Shown here in pieces: positions 9,823 through 20,905 of a stretch of DNA of 64,000 nucleotides; within the stretch, counting starts at the first letter, position 1; each line of letters starts with the position of its first letter. The notes under the pieces are model-generated. The model ran no database searches, was not told the DNA's origin, and worked only from the letters and a program-made list of their open reading frames with translations. The DNA comes from Squalus acanthias. Taxonomy: Eukaryota. The stretch covers positions 111,850,001-111,914,000 of the forward strand of contig CM059432.1 of the NCBI GenBank assembly GCA_030390025.1, read 5' to 3'. The position numbers were made by a program, and so were the translations under genes.

Positions 9823-11949
9823 AGGAAGGAGCAATCGATAGCTCCGAAAGCTTGTGATTTCAAATAAAACTGTTGGACTATAACCTGGTGTTGTGCGACC
9901 TCTCAATTTTGTCCACCCCAGTCCAACACCGGCATCTCCGCATCATGACTTCTATGAGATAGCCAGTTACTTATCCAATCGGCCAAATTTCCCTCTATCC
10001 CACAACTCCTTACTTTCTTCATGAGACGACCATGGGGAACCTTATCAAACGCCTTACTAAAATCCATGTATACGACATCAACTGCTCTACCTTCATCTAC
10101 ACACTTAGTTACCTCCTCAAAGAATTCAATCAAATTTGTTAGGCAAGACTTACCCTTCACGAATCCGTGTTGACTATCCCTGATTAAGTTGCCCCTTTCC
10201 AAATGGTCATAAATCCTATCCCTCAGGACCTTTTCCATTATCTTACCAACCACTGAAGTAAGACTAACCGGCCTATAATTACCAGGGTCATTCCTATTTC
10301 CTTTCTTGAAGAGAGGAACAACATTCGCCACTCTCCAGTCCTCTGGCACCATCCCCGTGAACAGTGAGGACCCAAAGATCAAAGCCAGAGGCTCTGCAAT
10401 CTCCTCCCTTGCCTCCCAAAGAATCCTAGGATATATCCCATCTGGCCCAGGGGACTTATCGACCCTCAGGTTCTTTAAAATTGCTAAAACCTCTTCCCTC
10501 AGAACATCTACCACCTCCAGCCTATCCACCTTTATCACACTCTCATCCTCAAGAACATGGCCCCTCTCCTCGGTGAACACTGACGAAAAGTATTCATTCA
10601 TCACCTCTCCTATCTCTTCTGACTCCATGCAGAAGTTCCCACTACTGTCCTTGACCGGCCCTACCCTCACCCTGGTCATTCTTTTATTTCTCACATAAGA
10701 GTAAAAAGCCTTGGGGTTTTTCTTGATCCGACCCACCAAGGACTTCTCATGCCCCCTCCTAGCTCTCCTAAGCTCTTTTTTTAGCTCATTCCTTGCTACC
10801 TTGTACCCCTCAATCGACCCAACTGAACCTTGTTTTCTCATCCTTACATACGCTTCCTTTTTCCTCTTGACTAGACATTCAACCTCTTTTGTGAACCATG
10901 GTTCTCTCACTCGGCCATTTTCTCCCTGCCTGACAGGGACATACCTATCAAGGACACGCAGTAATTGCTCCATGAAAAAGCTCCACTTTTCGTTTGTGCC
11001 TTTCCCTGATAGTTTCTGCTCCCATCTTATACTCCCTAATTCTTGCCTAATCGCATCATAATTACCCCTCCCCCAATTATAAACCCTGCCCTGCCGTATG
11101 GCCCTATCCCTCTCCATTGCAATAGTGAAAGTTACCGAATTGTGGTCACTATCTCCAAAGTGCTCTCCCACATACAAATATTGTGGGCTATCTTTTCCTG
11201 TAATGAGGGACACAAGTGGAGTTTGAGTGAGAATGATGGAGTGAGTGTAGGGAATCCATAGCATAGATGCTTAGAAGGAGACAAAGATGGAGTGAGGTGC
11301 CAATACCAAGGGCCCTCCCTGTCCGTTTTTTAGTTGTTGTCATTGCATAAAAGTGATAGCGAGTGTGAGGGGTGCATAGTCGAATAGTGAAGTGATTCTG
11401 TACCTAGAGAGGGATGGTTAAGCGGGCAAGAGATGTAAGTGTAAAGTGGGATGTGCAGGAGTAGGTTGACAATGCAGAGTGCTGGTGATGAGAGGAGATG
11501 GGGAGCAGATTGGGGGTAAGTGTGATGTTATACTCACTTTTCCTGAACGTACCAGGTCATTAAACCTTTTCCTGCACTGGACCCAGGAGCGAGCACACAA
11601 AGACCTGGAGCTGACCTCCTCAGTTATTTGCAGCCAGGCTGCTTTGCTTTGCTGAGGAGGCTTCCTCTGACCAGAGGATGGGAAGAGTACCATCTTGTGC
11701 CCTCTCACTCCATCCACAAGAGCATGGAGGGAGTCATCATCAAAGCGGGTAGATGCCTTGGCTCTTGCAGCAGTCATGGGTATAGTTGCCAACATGAAAA
11801 CCAGCAGAAAAGGATGAGAATGAAACAAGGCTGCATGGGCCCCTTAAATTCAACTGGCTGACAGACGTCAGCAGAGGCGAGCAGCAGCCCCGAAAACAAT
11901 TGGCCCGGTTAAAATTTCAATTTCTGATCGGCTGAAAACGGAGGCGGGA

Positions 11950-14643
11950 CGGGAGCGGGACACACACGGATAAAGCGAGACACACACGGGGCGGAGCGAG
12001 ACACACACGGGGCGGAGCGGGACACACACGGGGCGGAGCGGGACACACATGGGGCGGAGCGAGACACACACGGGGCGGAGCGTGACACACACGGGGCGGA
12101 GCGTGACACACATGGGGCGGAGCGAGACACACACGGGGTGGAGCCAGACACACACGGGGCGGAGCGTGACACACACGGATAAAGCGAGACACACACGGGG
12201 TGGAGCGAGACACACACGGGGTGGAGGGGGACACACATGGGGCGGAGCGTGACACACACGGGGCGGAGCGTGACACACACGGGGCAGAGCGAGACACACA
12301 CGGGGCGGAGGGGGACACACACGGGGCAGAGCGAGACACACATGGGGTGGAGCGAGACACACACGGGGCGGAGGGGGACACACATGGGGTGGAGCGAGAT
12401 ACACATGGGGCAGAGCGAGACACATGGGGTGGAGCGAGACACACACGGGGCGGAGCGAGACACACACGGGGTGGAGCGAGACACACATGGGGTGGAGCGA
12501 GACACACATGGGGTGGAGCGAGATACACATGGGGTGGAGCGAGATACACATGGGGCGGAGCGAGACACATGGGGTGGAGCGAGACACACACAGGGCGGAG
12601 CGAGACACACACGGGGCGGAGCGAGATACACATGGGGCGGAGCGAGACACACATGGGGCGGAGCGAGACACACATGGGGCGGAGCGAGACACACATGGGG
12701 CGGAGCGAGACACACATGGGGCGGAGCAGGACACACATGGGGCGGAGCGAGACACACATGGGGCGGAGCGAGACACACATGGGGCGGAGCGAGACACACA
12801 CGGGGCGGAGCGAGACACACACGGGGTGGAGCGAGACACACACGGGGTGGAGCGAGACACACATGGGGCGGAGCAGGACACACACGGGGCGGAGCAGGAC
12901 ACACATGGGGTGGAGCGAGACACACACGGGGCGGAGCGAGACACACACGGGGCGGAGCGGGGCACATGGGGCGGAGCGAGACACACATGGGGCGGAGCGA
13001 GACACACATGGGGCGGAGCGAGATACACAGGGGGCGGAGCGAGACACACAGGGGGCGGAGCGAGACACATGGGGCGGAGCGAGACACACATGGGGCGGAG
13101 CGAGACACACACGGGGCGGAGCGAGACACACACGGGGCGGAGCAGGACACACATGAGGCGGAGCGAGATACACATGGGGCGGAGCGAGACACACATGGGG
13201 CGGAGCGAGACACACACGGGGTGAGCGAGCGAGACACACACGGGGTGAGCGAGCGAGACACACACGGGGTGGAGCGAGACACACACGGGGTGGAGCGAGA
13301 CACACGGGGCGGAGCGAGACACACATGGGGCGGAGCGAGACACACATGGGGCGGAGTGCGACACACGAGGCGGAGCAGGACACACATGAGGCGGAGCGAG
13401 ACACACATGGGGCGGAGCGAGACACACACGGGGTGGAGCGAGACACACATGGGGCGGAGCAGGACACACACGGGGCGGAGCAGGACACACATGGGGTGGA
13501 GCGAGACACACACGGGGCGGAGCGAGACACACACGGGGTGGAGCGGGGCACATGGGGCGGAGCGAGACACACATGGGGCGGAGCGAGACACACATGGGGC
13601 GGAGCGAGATACACAGGGGGCGGAGCGAGACACACAGGGGGCGGAGCGAGACACATGGGGCGGAGCGAGACACACATGGGGCGGAGCGAGACACACACGG
13701 GGCGGAGCGAGACACACACGGGGCGGAGCAGGACACACATGAGGCGGAGCGAGATACACATGGGGCGGAGCGAGACACACATGGGGCGGAGCGAGACACA
13801 CACGGGGTGGAGCGAGACACACACGGGGTGGAGCGAGACACACACGGGGTGGAGCGAGACACACGGGGCGGAGCGAGACACACATGGGGCGGAGCGAGAC
13901 ACACATGGGGCGGAGTGCGACACACATGAGGCGGAGCAGGACACACATGAGGCGGAGCGAGACACACATGGGGCGGAGCGAGACACACACGGGGTGGAGC
14001 GAGACACACATGGGGCGGAGCGAGACACACACGGGGCGGAGCGGGACACACATGGGGCGGAGCAGGACACACGGGGCGGAGCGAGACACACATGGGGTGG
14101 AGTGGGACACACATGGGGCGGAGCGAGACACATGGGGCAGAGCGAGACACACATAGGGCGGAGCAGGACACACATGGGGCGGAGCAGGACACACATGGGG
14201 TGGAGCGAGACACACATGGGGCGGAGCGAGACACACATGGGGTGGAGCGAGACACACATGGGGCGGAGCGAGACACATGGGGCGGAGCGAGACACACACG
14301 GGGTGAAGTGGGACACACACGGGGTGGAGCGGGGCACATGGGGCGGAGCGAGACACACACGGGGTGGAGTGGGACACACATGGGGCGGAGCGAGACACAC
14401 GGGGTGGAGCGGGGCACACACGGGGCGGAGCGAGACACACACGGGGTGGAGCGGGACACACACGGGGCGGAGCGGGACACACACGGGGTGGAGCGGGGCA
14501 CATGGGGCAGAGCGAGACACACATGGGGCGGAACGCGACACACATGGGGCAGAGCGAGACACACGGGGCGGAGCGAGACACACGGGGCGGAGCGAGACAC
14601 ACATGAGGCGGAGCAGGACACACATGGGGCGGAGCGAGACACA
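11950..14643. repeat. Minisatellite, 21-bp unit GGGGCGGAGCGAGACACACA(C/T), roughly 125-130 copies
   Basis: Read directly. 19-bp and 23-bp variant units occur, and a block duplication has an offset of about 586 bp. Confidence 0.97.
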
Positions 14644-14654
14644 GGGTCAGGGAC

Positions 14655-16700
14655 AGTGCAGGAGAAGTTCGCACACAACCTGTGCCAGGAGGCTGCCATT
14701 GGAGGAGGCCGAGCTCGCCTACGCATTCTTGTCCCATGAAAGAAAGTGTGCTGGCCTTCACGGGCAGAGGAGAGAGTCCTGGCCATGGTGACTGACAACA
14801 CTAGAGGGGCAATCACGCAGGGTTGCTTCACACCTCATCCTCTTTTTCCCTTCTGACTTCGCTCTCACCCTACATACTCTACATGACAAACTATAGCTTC
14901 TTTCACCAGCCACTCACCTTTCTTTGCTCTCTGTTCACACCAAAAGCTAACCCTCGTCATTCTCTTCCATTTCAGGTGCTGAAAATGTGAAAATACTTCT
15001 GTCACTTCAGGAAGACGACCTGGCAAGCACCAGTTCAGAGATTGGCACCACGCATACTTTAGAGGGCAAACGAGGCAAGGGGTCTTCACCAGCACAAGTG
15101 TACAGGAGCTAGGGTAGAGAGATAGGACGTCACAGGTGCCAGCTCGCCAGAGGGCAAGATTGCATACTAGCTCTGTGGCAGAGGGCACAAACTACTGAAG
15201 AAGGCTGATGGACATATACCAGGAAATGCTGAGTGCACTTGTAAGATTCTCAAAATTCACAGATCCCCCAAAACTCGAAGACAAACACTAAGGAAAAAGA
15301 CTTTGGACTCTTTTTCTAACTATTACAGGTGGTGAAATGCATTGGGCTTAACCGAAGGACATTTTAGTGCAAAAACCGAGATTTGGTATTTTAAAAGACA
15401 TGCCTGGACTTGTAAGGGAGAAAAGGTTGTAAAGGAAGGTGGGCTCAACCTCTGTAAAGACAGTTTGGATATTGGAGTTAATGGGAACTGTCTGGGGAAC
15501 CGCATGACCTCGCTGGGAGTTAAATCGGCCCCTATCAGACATTAACATCCTAACAATACCTGAGGAAAATCAGTCTCCACCCCAATTTATAGAGCCCATT
15601 AAAGACATGCATAAAACAGATTACTTCTGCCTACTCTATAGAAATCCTAGGCCCAGTCAAGAAACCCAAAACATGAGGACAATTCAATTACAATTAAACA
15701 ACAGATCGACAGGATGGAGCTATCCTGAAACCACTTCACACATTTACAAACCAGTTACTGTTAACGAGCCCGCCAAAATCTTACAATGACCGGGATTTGA
15801 TTTGGCATGCAGATAAGGAAGCTTCAATGGGTATAATTAAAGGCCCGTTCTCAACAGTTCAAGTTCGAGTTCTCCAGTACAGGTACACAGTTCAACAGAA
15901 ACAAGTTCAAGGAGACAAGCAGTTCAACAGTTACACAGCAGCAAGGAATTCAGCAAGCAGTCCGGCAGAAGGCAGTTCCACAGTTCTGCAAGAAGGCAGT
16001 TCCACGGCTCTGAAGAAGACAGTTCAACAAGGCGAGGGGGCAACAGAAAGAAGTTCAACAAAGAAGGCCAGCAGCTCCAGAAGTAGGCCGACATGCAAGA
16101 AGAGACCAGAGCGACCGCCTCAGTGACCATCGGACACCTCGCGGCAACAAGGGCCTTACGAAACTTTTTACTTAAAAAGACTCTAAACCCTACCTCTAAC
16201 CAAAGAAAAGTGGGTACTCACCCGATAAATCCAGTGCAGCGAACCCCGAAACTGCGAACCAGCTCAACTGTCAAGGATTCGTTTGGTGAGCATTATCCCT
16301 GGTTCTCTAGAGCCCAACTTAGCTAGTGGGATTGGGAGGGGTGAAGTATTCTTCTAATGTTATTTCCCTCGTTTGTACTGAAGTGTTCCCCACTTTTAGA
16401 GTGTTAAGAGTGTTTGTGTTGTATTTTACTTTCTGAATAAAGATCAAAGTTCTTGCATCAAACTCAGTTGTCTGCTGCACTTTTTATCACAACCCCCAAA
16501 TAAGTCCAAGGTCTAGAACCAAGGGAGTGGGAGCGATTCGAACCGCTCAGAAGTCAGAGGTGAAGCTGACACAAACCACCACCCCCTACACACTGGGCAG
16601 TCGACCAGTGAGCTTCCAAGCAATGGCCTAGAAATCTGATCGCACCTGGTAACGAGGGGATGGAGTCCACACTGCACATGCCTGTTAGTGTTGAGTCAGG
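14655..16700 (+). pseudogene. Decayed Harbinger MADF gene fragment (exons 2-3), interrupted by the solo LTR
   Basis: cag|EKFAHNLCQEAAIGGGRARLRIL matches exon 2 of Harbinger-A and -B. RLMDIYQEMLSAL|GS continues across the LTR. Confidence 0.65.
15240..16590 (+). mobile_element. Solo LTR (1351 bp)
   Basis: TGTA...TACA termini; 4-bp TSD CACT (15236-15239, 16591-16594); TATA-like TATAAT near 15832; AATAAA near 16436; no coding capacity. Confidence 0.85.
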
Positions 16701-16713
16701 CAGCATGTAATAT

Positions 16714-18836
16714 TGTGGCGGATCGCCACCTAAAACGGGCATAATCCACTCTTCCGTCTGTGGACAAATTTCCAGCACCTTCCCCTTTAAGGCACATTAC
16801 CTTTAAGGCAGAAGGGGGCGGGGCCTCAGGTTTTACCCAGAGGATTCTGGGAGTTTTGGCAGAGAATTCTGGGAGCACAAGCCTCAGTCATTTTGTGTGC
16901 CATGCAGTGAATAAAAGTTTCTTGTTTTCCACATATGGATTCAGCCTCCATTCGTGTTTCGCGGCAGCCTCAACATTGGTGACCCCGACGCTCAGAACGT
17001 ATTCCGAGCACTGCAATGGCGGACACGAACGCAGTTTCCGTGAAACTGCCGGAGTTTTGGGAAAACCAGCCCGAAGCCTAGTTTCTCCAAGCTGAATCTT
17101 GCTTCCGGCTGCGAAATATCACCACAGATGGGACGAAGTACGACTATCTCGTCACATCACTCAGTAGCGCCGCAGTTTCCAAGGTTTGGACAACGCTGCA
17201 GAACCCACCAGAGTAAGTGCAAGTACGCACATCTCAGAACAGCGCTCCTTAAAAAATGTACGGCCTCGGCATATCAGCGAAACTGCCACCTCCTCAACCT
17301 ACCAGGGCTACGCCTGGCCGACGTCGCCTGTGGCCCGACCGCAGTCACGGTCAAGTGCGACATATCCCTATGTCAACCTCGGCCCGTCGTCCCAGCGTCC
17401 TGGCGCCGCCGGGTATTCGACATTCTCCACAACCTCTCCCACCCCGGCGCCCGCGCATCCCTCAAATTGGTAGCCAACTGCTTTGTCTGGCGCGGCCTTC
17501 GCAAGGATGTGCGTACTTGGGCCAACTCCTGCCTAGCCTGCCAACGGGCCAAGGTACAGCAACACACGAAAGCACCCCTCGAGGAGTTTACCGTCCCCTC
17601 GCGGAGATTCGACCACATCCACGTGGACATCGTCGGGCCCCTGCCGCCGTCACAAGGCCACACGCACTTGCTGACCATCGTTGACCGCACCACACGCTGG
17701 CCTGAGGCAATTCCACTGACCTCTACCACCACCGCCGACATCGCCAGTGCCTTCGTCAGCACCTGGGTCGCACGGTTCGGCGTCCCCTACGACATGACAT
17801 CGGACAGAGGTCCACAATTTACCTCTGAACTCTGGACCGCCGTCGCACGCAATCTCGGGGTGACCATTCACCGCACCACAGCATACCACCCCCAAGCCAA
17901 CAGACTGTGTGAGCGGTTCCACAGATCCTTGAAGGCATCTCTTCGAGCCAGCCTCCAAGACGGCGCCTGGACCGACCAACTTCCGTGGGTCCTCCTCGGC
18001 CTGCGCACCGCGGTTAAAGAAGACCTCCACGCATCGGTAACAGAGCTCGTGTACGGTCAGCCGCTGCGCATACCCGGCGATTTCCTGCCCACTGCCACGA
18101 CACCCTGGTCAGCCGACCAGCAACGCCACGACTTCGCCTCACCGGCGCTGCAGTTCGCCCCGGTGCCCATTGCCCGACACGGCGAATCCACCTCACACGT
18201 CCCACTAAGCCTGCACCATGCACGGTTTGTTTTCGTCCGGCATGACGCCCACCGCGGACCCCTTCAACCCCCATACGACGGGCCCTACAAGGTGCTACAG
18301 GCTGGGGACAAATTTTTCACCCTGCAAGTGGGCGACAGGACCGAAAAAGTGTCGGTTGACCGACTCAAGCCAGCACACTCGGAGCCCGGGGAGCAGGTCC
18401 CTGTAGCTCATCCACCTCCACGCAGCCGACCTGCCCTCAAGCCGGTTCACCCGGCTGCTCCACGCCCGGCCGTTGCACGTCCACCGGCGTCCTACAAGAG
18501 CCGCTCCGGCCGGCCCATCAGACCGCCGCACCGTCTCGTCCACACCTCCTAAGCGGATTCTGGGGGGAACTGTGTGGCGGATCGCCACCTAAAACGGGCA
18601 TAATCCACTCTTCCGTCTGTGGACAAATTTCCAGCACCTTCCCCTTTAAGGCACATTACCTTTAAGGCAGAAGGGGGGCGGGGCCTCAGGTTTTACCCAG
18701 AGGATTCTGGGAGTTTTTGGCAGAGAATTCTGGGAGCACCAGCCTCAGCCATTTTGTGTGCCATGCAGTGAATAAAAGTTTCTTGTTTTCCACATATGGA
18801 TTCAGCCTCCATTCGTGTTTCGCGGCAGCCTCAACA
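16714..18836 (+). mobile_element. Gypsy LTR retrotransposon, internally deleted (CsRn1-like, tRNA-Trp PBS)
   Basis: LTRs 16714-16975 and 18573-18836 (two 1-nt indels and two substitutions seen); TSD ATAT; PBS TGGTGACCCCGACG from 16977; G-rich PPT near 18562-18569. Confidence 0.95.
17016..18552 (+). pseudogene. Gag N-terminus (premature stop) joined to a complete integrase domain; PR, RT and RNase H deleted
   Basis: MADTNAVSVKLPEFWENQPEA*F from 17016. From ~17290: H..SHPG...C..CQ zinc finger, HVDIVGP, SDRGPQF, CERFHR and PYDGPY. Confidence 0.88.
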
Positions 18837-18959
18837 ATATCCCATATTAACGATCCAGGCGTTCAGCCAGTGCTGCCGATGCTATTCATTGGCTGCACGT
18901 CTGTCAGGGGGAGGTGGATAGCAAGCATCTCTGACACAACGTAGAGGCAGCTAGCACCT

Positions 18960-19870
18960 CTTAAAGGGGAGGTGCACTGTAGCTGTGATGCCAGCAGTGG
19001 ACAGGAGGAGGACCATCCTCTTCCCCTGAGTGGGCAGGAAGCCCTCCAGGCATCAGCTCCACCGACAGTGGGAGGAGGTCGCAGAGCATGTCAATACCAG
19101 GAATTTAGTACCCAGGACATGGCTGCAATGCCAGAAGAAGTACAACGACCTCACTAGAATTGTCAAGGTAAAAATACTGCTCTCTTAGTCTCTGCTCACG
19201 CCTCTACTACCTACGGCCTCACTAATCACAGGACTCACAACACTCACAAGACGCCTCTCCCCCCGCTTGCCTTCACTCTCCTACAATCACTGCACCACAC
19301 TTCACTACTCCTTACACTCACACGCTCACTACTATTACAAACCTCACTTACCCACAACTTACACATTGACGATCAGCTAGTCTACCATGAAAGGCAGATT
19401 CTCTAATCACCTCACAAGACTCTCACTAACACACTCCCTTCTTTCTTGCATGAGAAGGTCGCACATAACTCCAGACAGAGGGCTGGCACGAGAAGGAGAA
19501 AGAGCCCAACTGCACACCCTCTCCCAACTTGAAGTAAGTCTGCTCGCAATCATGGGCAGAGTGAGAGGCAAGCCCTGACTGGCAACACTGGAGGAAACAT
19601 TGCGCACTGTTTCTTCATACCTAATCATCTTTATCCCTTCTGACTTCTATGTTACCCCACTCACTCTGCATGCCAATTGCTTTCACCACTCATTCTCTCG
19701 CTGTTCATCCTTCATGCCACAAGCTAACTCTTGTCCCTCTCTTTCAGATACTCAGAATGTGGAAGCCCCTGTTCCAGTGGAGGAACAGGAGGGCAGCCTT
19801 CCTGAAGATGCACTCTCACTCGATCTGACCCACGCAAGCACCAGCTCAGAGACTGGCACTATGTGGACTT
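18960..19870 (+). pseudogene. Decayed Harbinger MADF gene remnant
   Basis: AVDRRRTILFP*...WEEVAEHVN...RTWLQCQKKYNDLTRIVK|gtaaaa, followed by sequence resembling exons 2 and 3. Confidence 0.72.
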
Positions 19871-20905
19871 TGGTTATAGTTGTTGGAGGACAATCATCTC
19901 AGCCCCAGGACATCGCTACAGGAGTTCCTCCGGGCAGTGTCCTAGGCCCAACCATCTTCAGCTACTTCATCAATGACTTTCCTTCCATCCTAAGGTCAGA
20001 AGGGGGGCTTTTCGCTGATGGTTGTACAGTGTTTGGCTCCATTCGCAATTCCTCAGATTATGAAGCAGCCCATGCTGGACTGGACCTGGACAACATCTAG
20101 GCTTGGGCTGATAAGTGGCAAGTAGCATTCACACCACACAAGTGCCAGGCAATGACTATCTCCAACAAGAGAGAGTCTAACTACGTCCTCTTGATATTCA
20201 ATGGTATTACCATTGCCAAATCTCCCACCATCAACATCCTGTGGGTTGCTGTTGACCAGAAAGTCAACTGGACCAGCCACATAAATACTGTGGCTACTAG
20301 AGTAGGTCAGAGGCTGGGTATTCTGCGGAAAGTGGCTCACATCCTGACTCCCCAAAGCCTTTCCACCACCTGCAATGCACAAGTCAGGAGTGTAATGGAA
20401 TACTCATCACTTGTCTGGATGAGTGCAGCTGCAAAAACACTCAAGAAGCTCAACATCACCCAGGACAAAGCAGTCCGCTTTGATTGATAGCCCATCCACC
20501 ACCTTATACATCCACTCCCTGCACCACTGCGCACTGTGACTGTGTGTAATATGCACAGGATACACCAAGGTTTCTTCGGCAGCACCTCCCAAACCCGCAA
20601 CCTCTACCACCTAGAAGGACAAGGGCAGCAGGTGCATGGGAACACCACCACATCCAAGTTCCCCTCCAAGTCACACATCATCCTGACTTGGCAATATCGC
20701 CGTTCCTTCATTGTCACTGGGTCAAAATCCTGGAACTCCCTACTTAACAGCACTGTGGGAGTACCATCACCACACGGACAGCAATGTGAGAATACTCTTC
20801 ACTTGTCTGGATGAGTGCAGCTGCAACAGTACTCATGAAGATCGACACCATCCAGGACAAAGTACTCCACTTGATCGGCATCCCATTCACTACCTTTAAA
20901 CATCC
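19871..20905 (+). mobile_element. CR1/L2-group LINE fragments, decayed; same family as 42955-44008
   Basis: GVPPGSVLGPTIF, FADG, QVRSVMEYSSLVW. A second overlapping fragment lies at ~20788-20905. Confidence 0.8.

Larger units (their letters stand above)
5552..9948 (+). mobile_element. Non-autonomous Penelope-like element (inverted pseudo-LTR plus ~38-nt 3' extension), interrupted by Harbinger-B
   Basis: 13-bp TSD CTTCTATGAGATA (5539-5551, 9949-9961). Left arm (5552-5588 plus 9766-9815) is the reverse complement of 9823-9909. Unpaired tail 9911-9948. Same family as 44116-44375. Confidence 0.82.
4486..11178 (-). mobile_element. CR1 LINE, 5'-truncated, young
   Basis: (ACATAGA)n tail from 4486; TATT duplication at 4482-4485 and 11179-11182. 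ORFs 9903-11264 and 4572-5588 join in frame (WLSHR|RQRVMV) once the nested inserts are removed. QGSVLGP and FADD present. Confidence 0.95.
3151..11777 (-). pseudogene. Harbinger-A Myb/SANT (MADF) DNA-binding gene, 3 exons, disrupted
   Basis: Exon 1 11777-11538 (RFDDDSLHALV...W..I..EVSS....RSWVQCRKRFNDL, GTGAGT donor). Exon 2 11197-11179 plus 4481-4341 (EKIAHNKRERARTRGG), split by CR1. Exon 3 ~4188-3151 has a mutated acceptor (CTG) and a frameshift near 3460. Confidence 0.82.
1121..11950 (+). mobile_element. Harbinger/PIF DNA transposon A (decayed; right end not found, runs into the minisatellite)
   Basis: Left end GGCCACGATTTT resembles other Harbinger ends in the window. Convergent transposase (+) and spliced MADF gene (-). 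Interrupted by the CR1 at 4486-11178. Confidence 0.85.

Noticed and set aside
9819..9857. Second hammerhead on the plus-strand arm of the fold-back element
   Set aside because: The CUGANGA box is truncated at the inversion point (reads GTGAAGGA), so the core is incomplete.
11950..14643. CRISPR-like array
   Set aside because: Units are head-to-tail with no unique spacers, the context is eukaryotic, and there are no cas genes.
11868..14831. Very long ORFs (987, 950, 902, 501 and 488 aa) on both strands
   Set aside because: They arise from a stop-poor 21-bp tandem repeat and are open in several frames at once, with no domain content.
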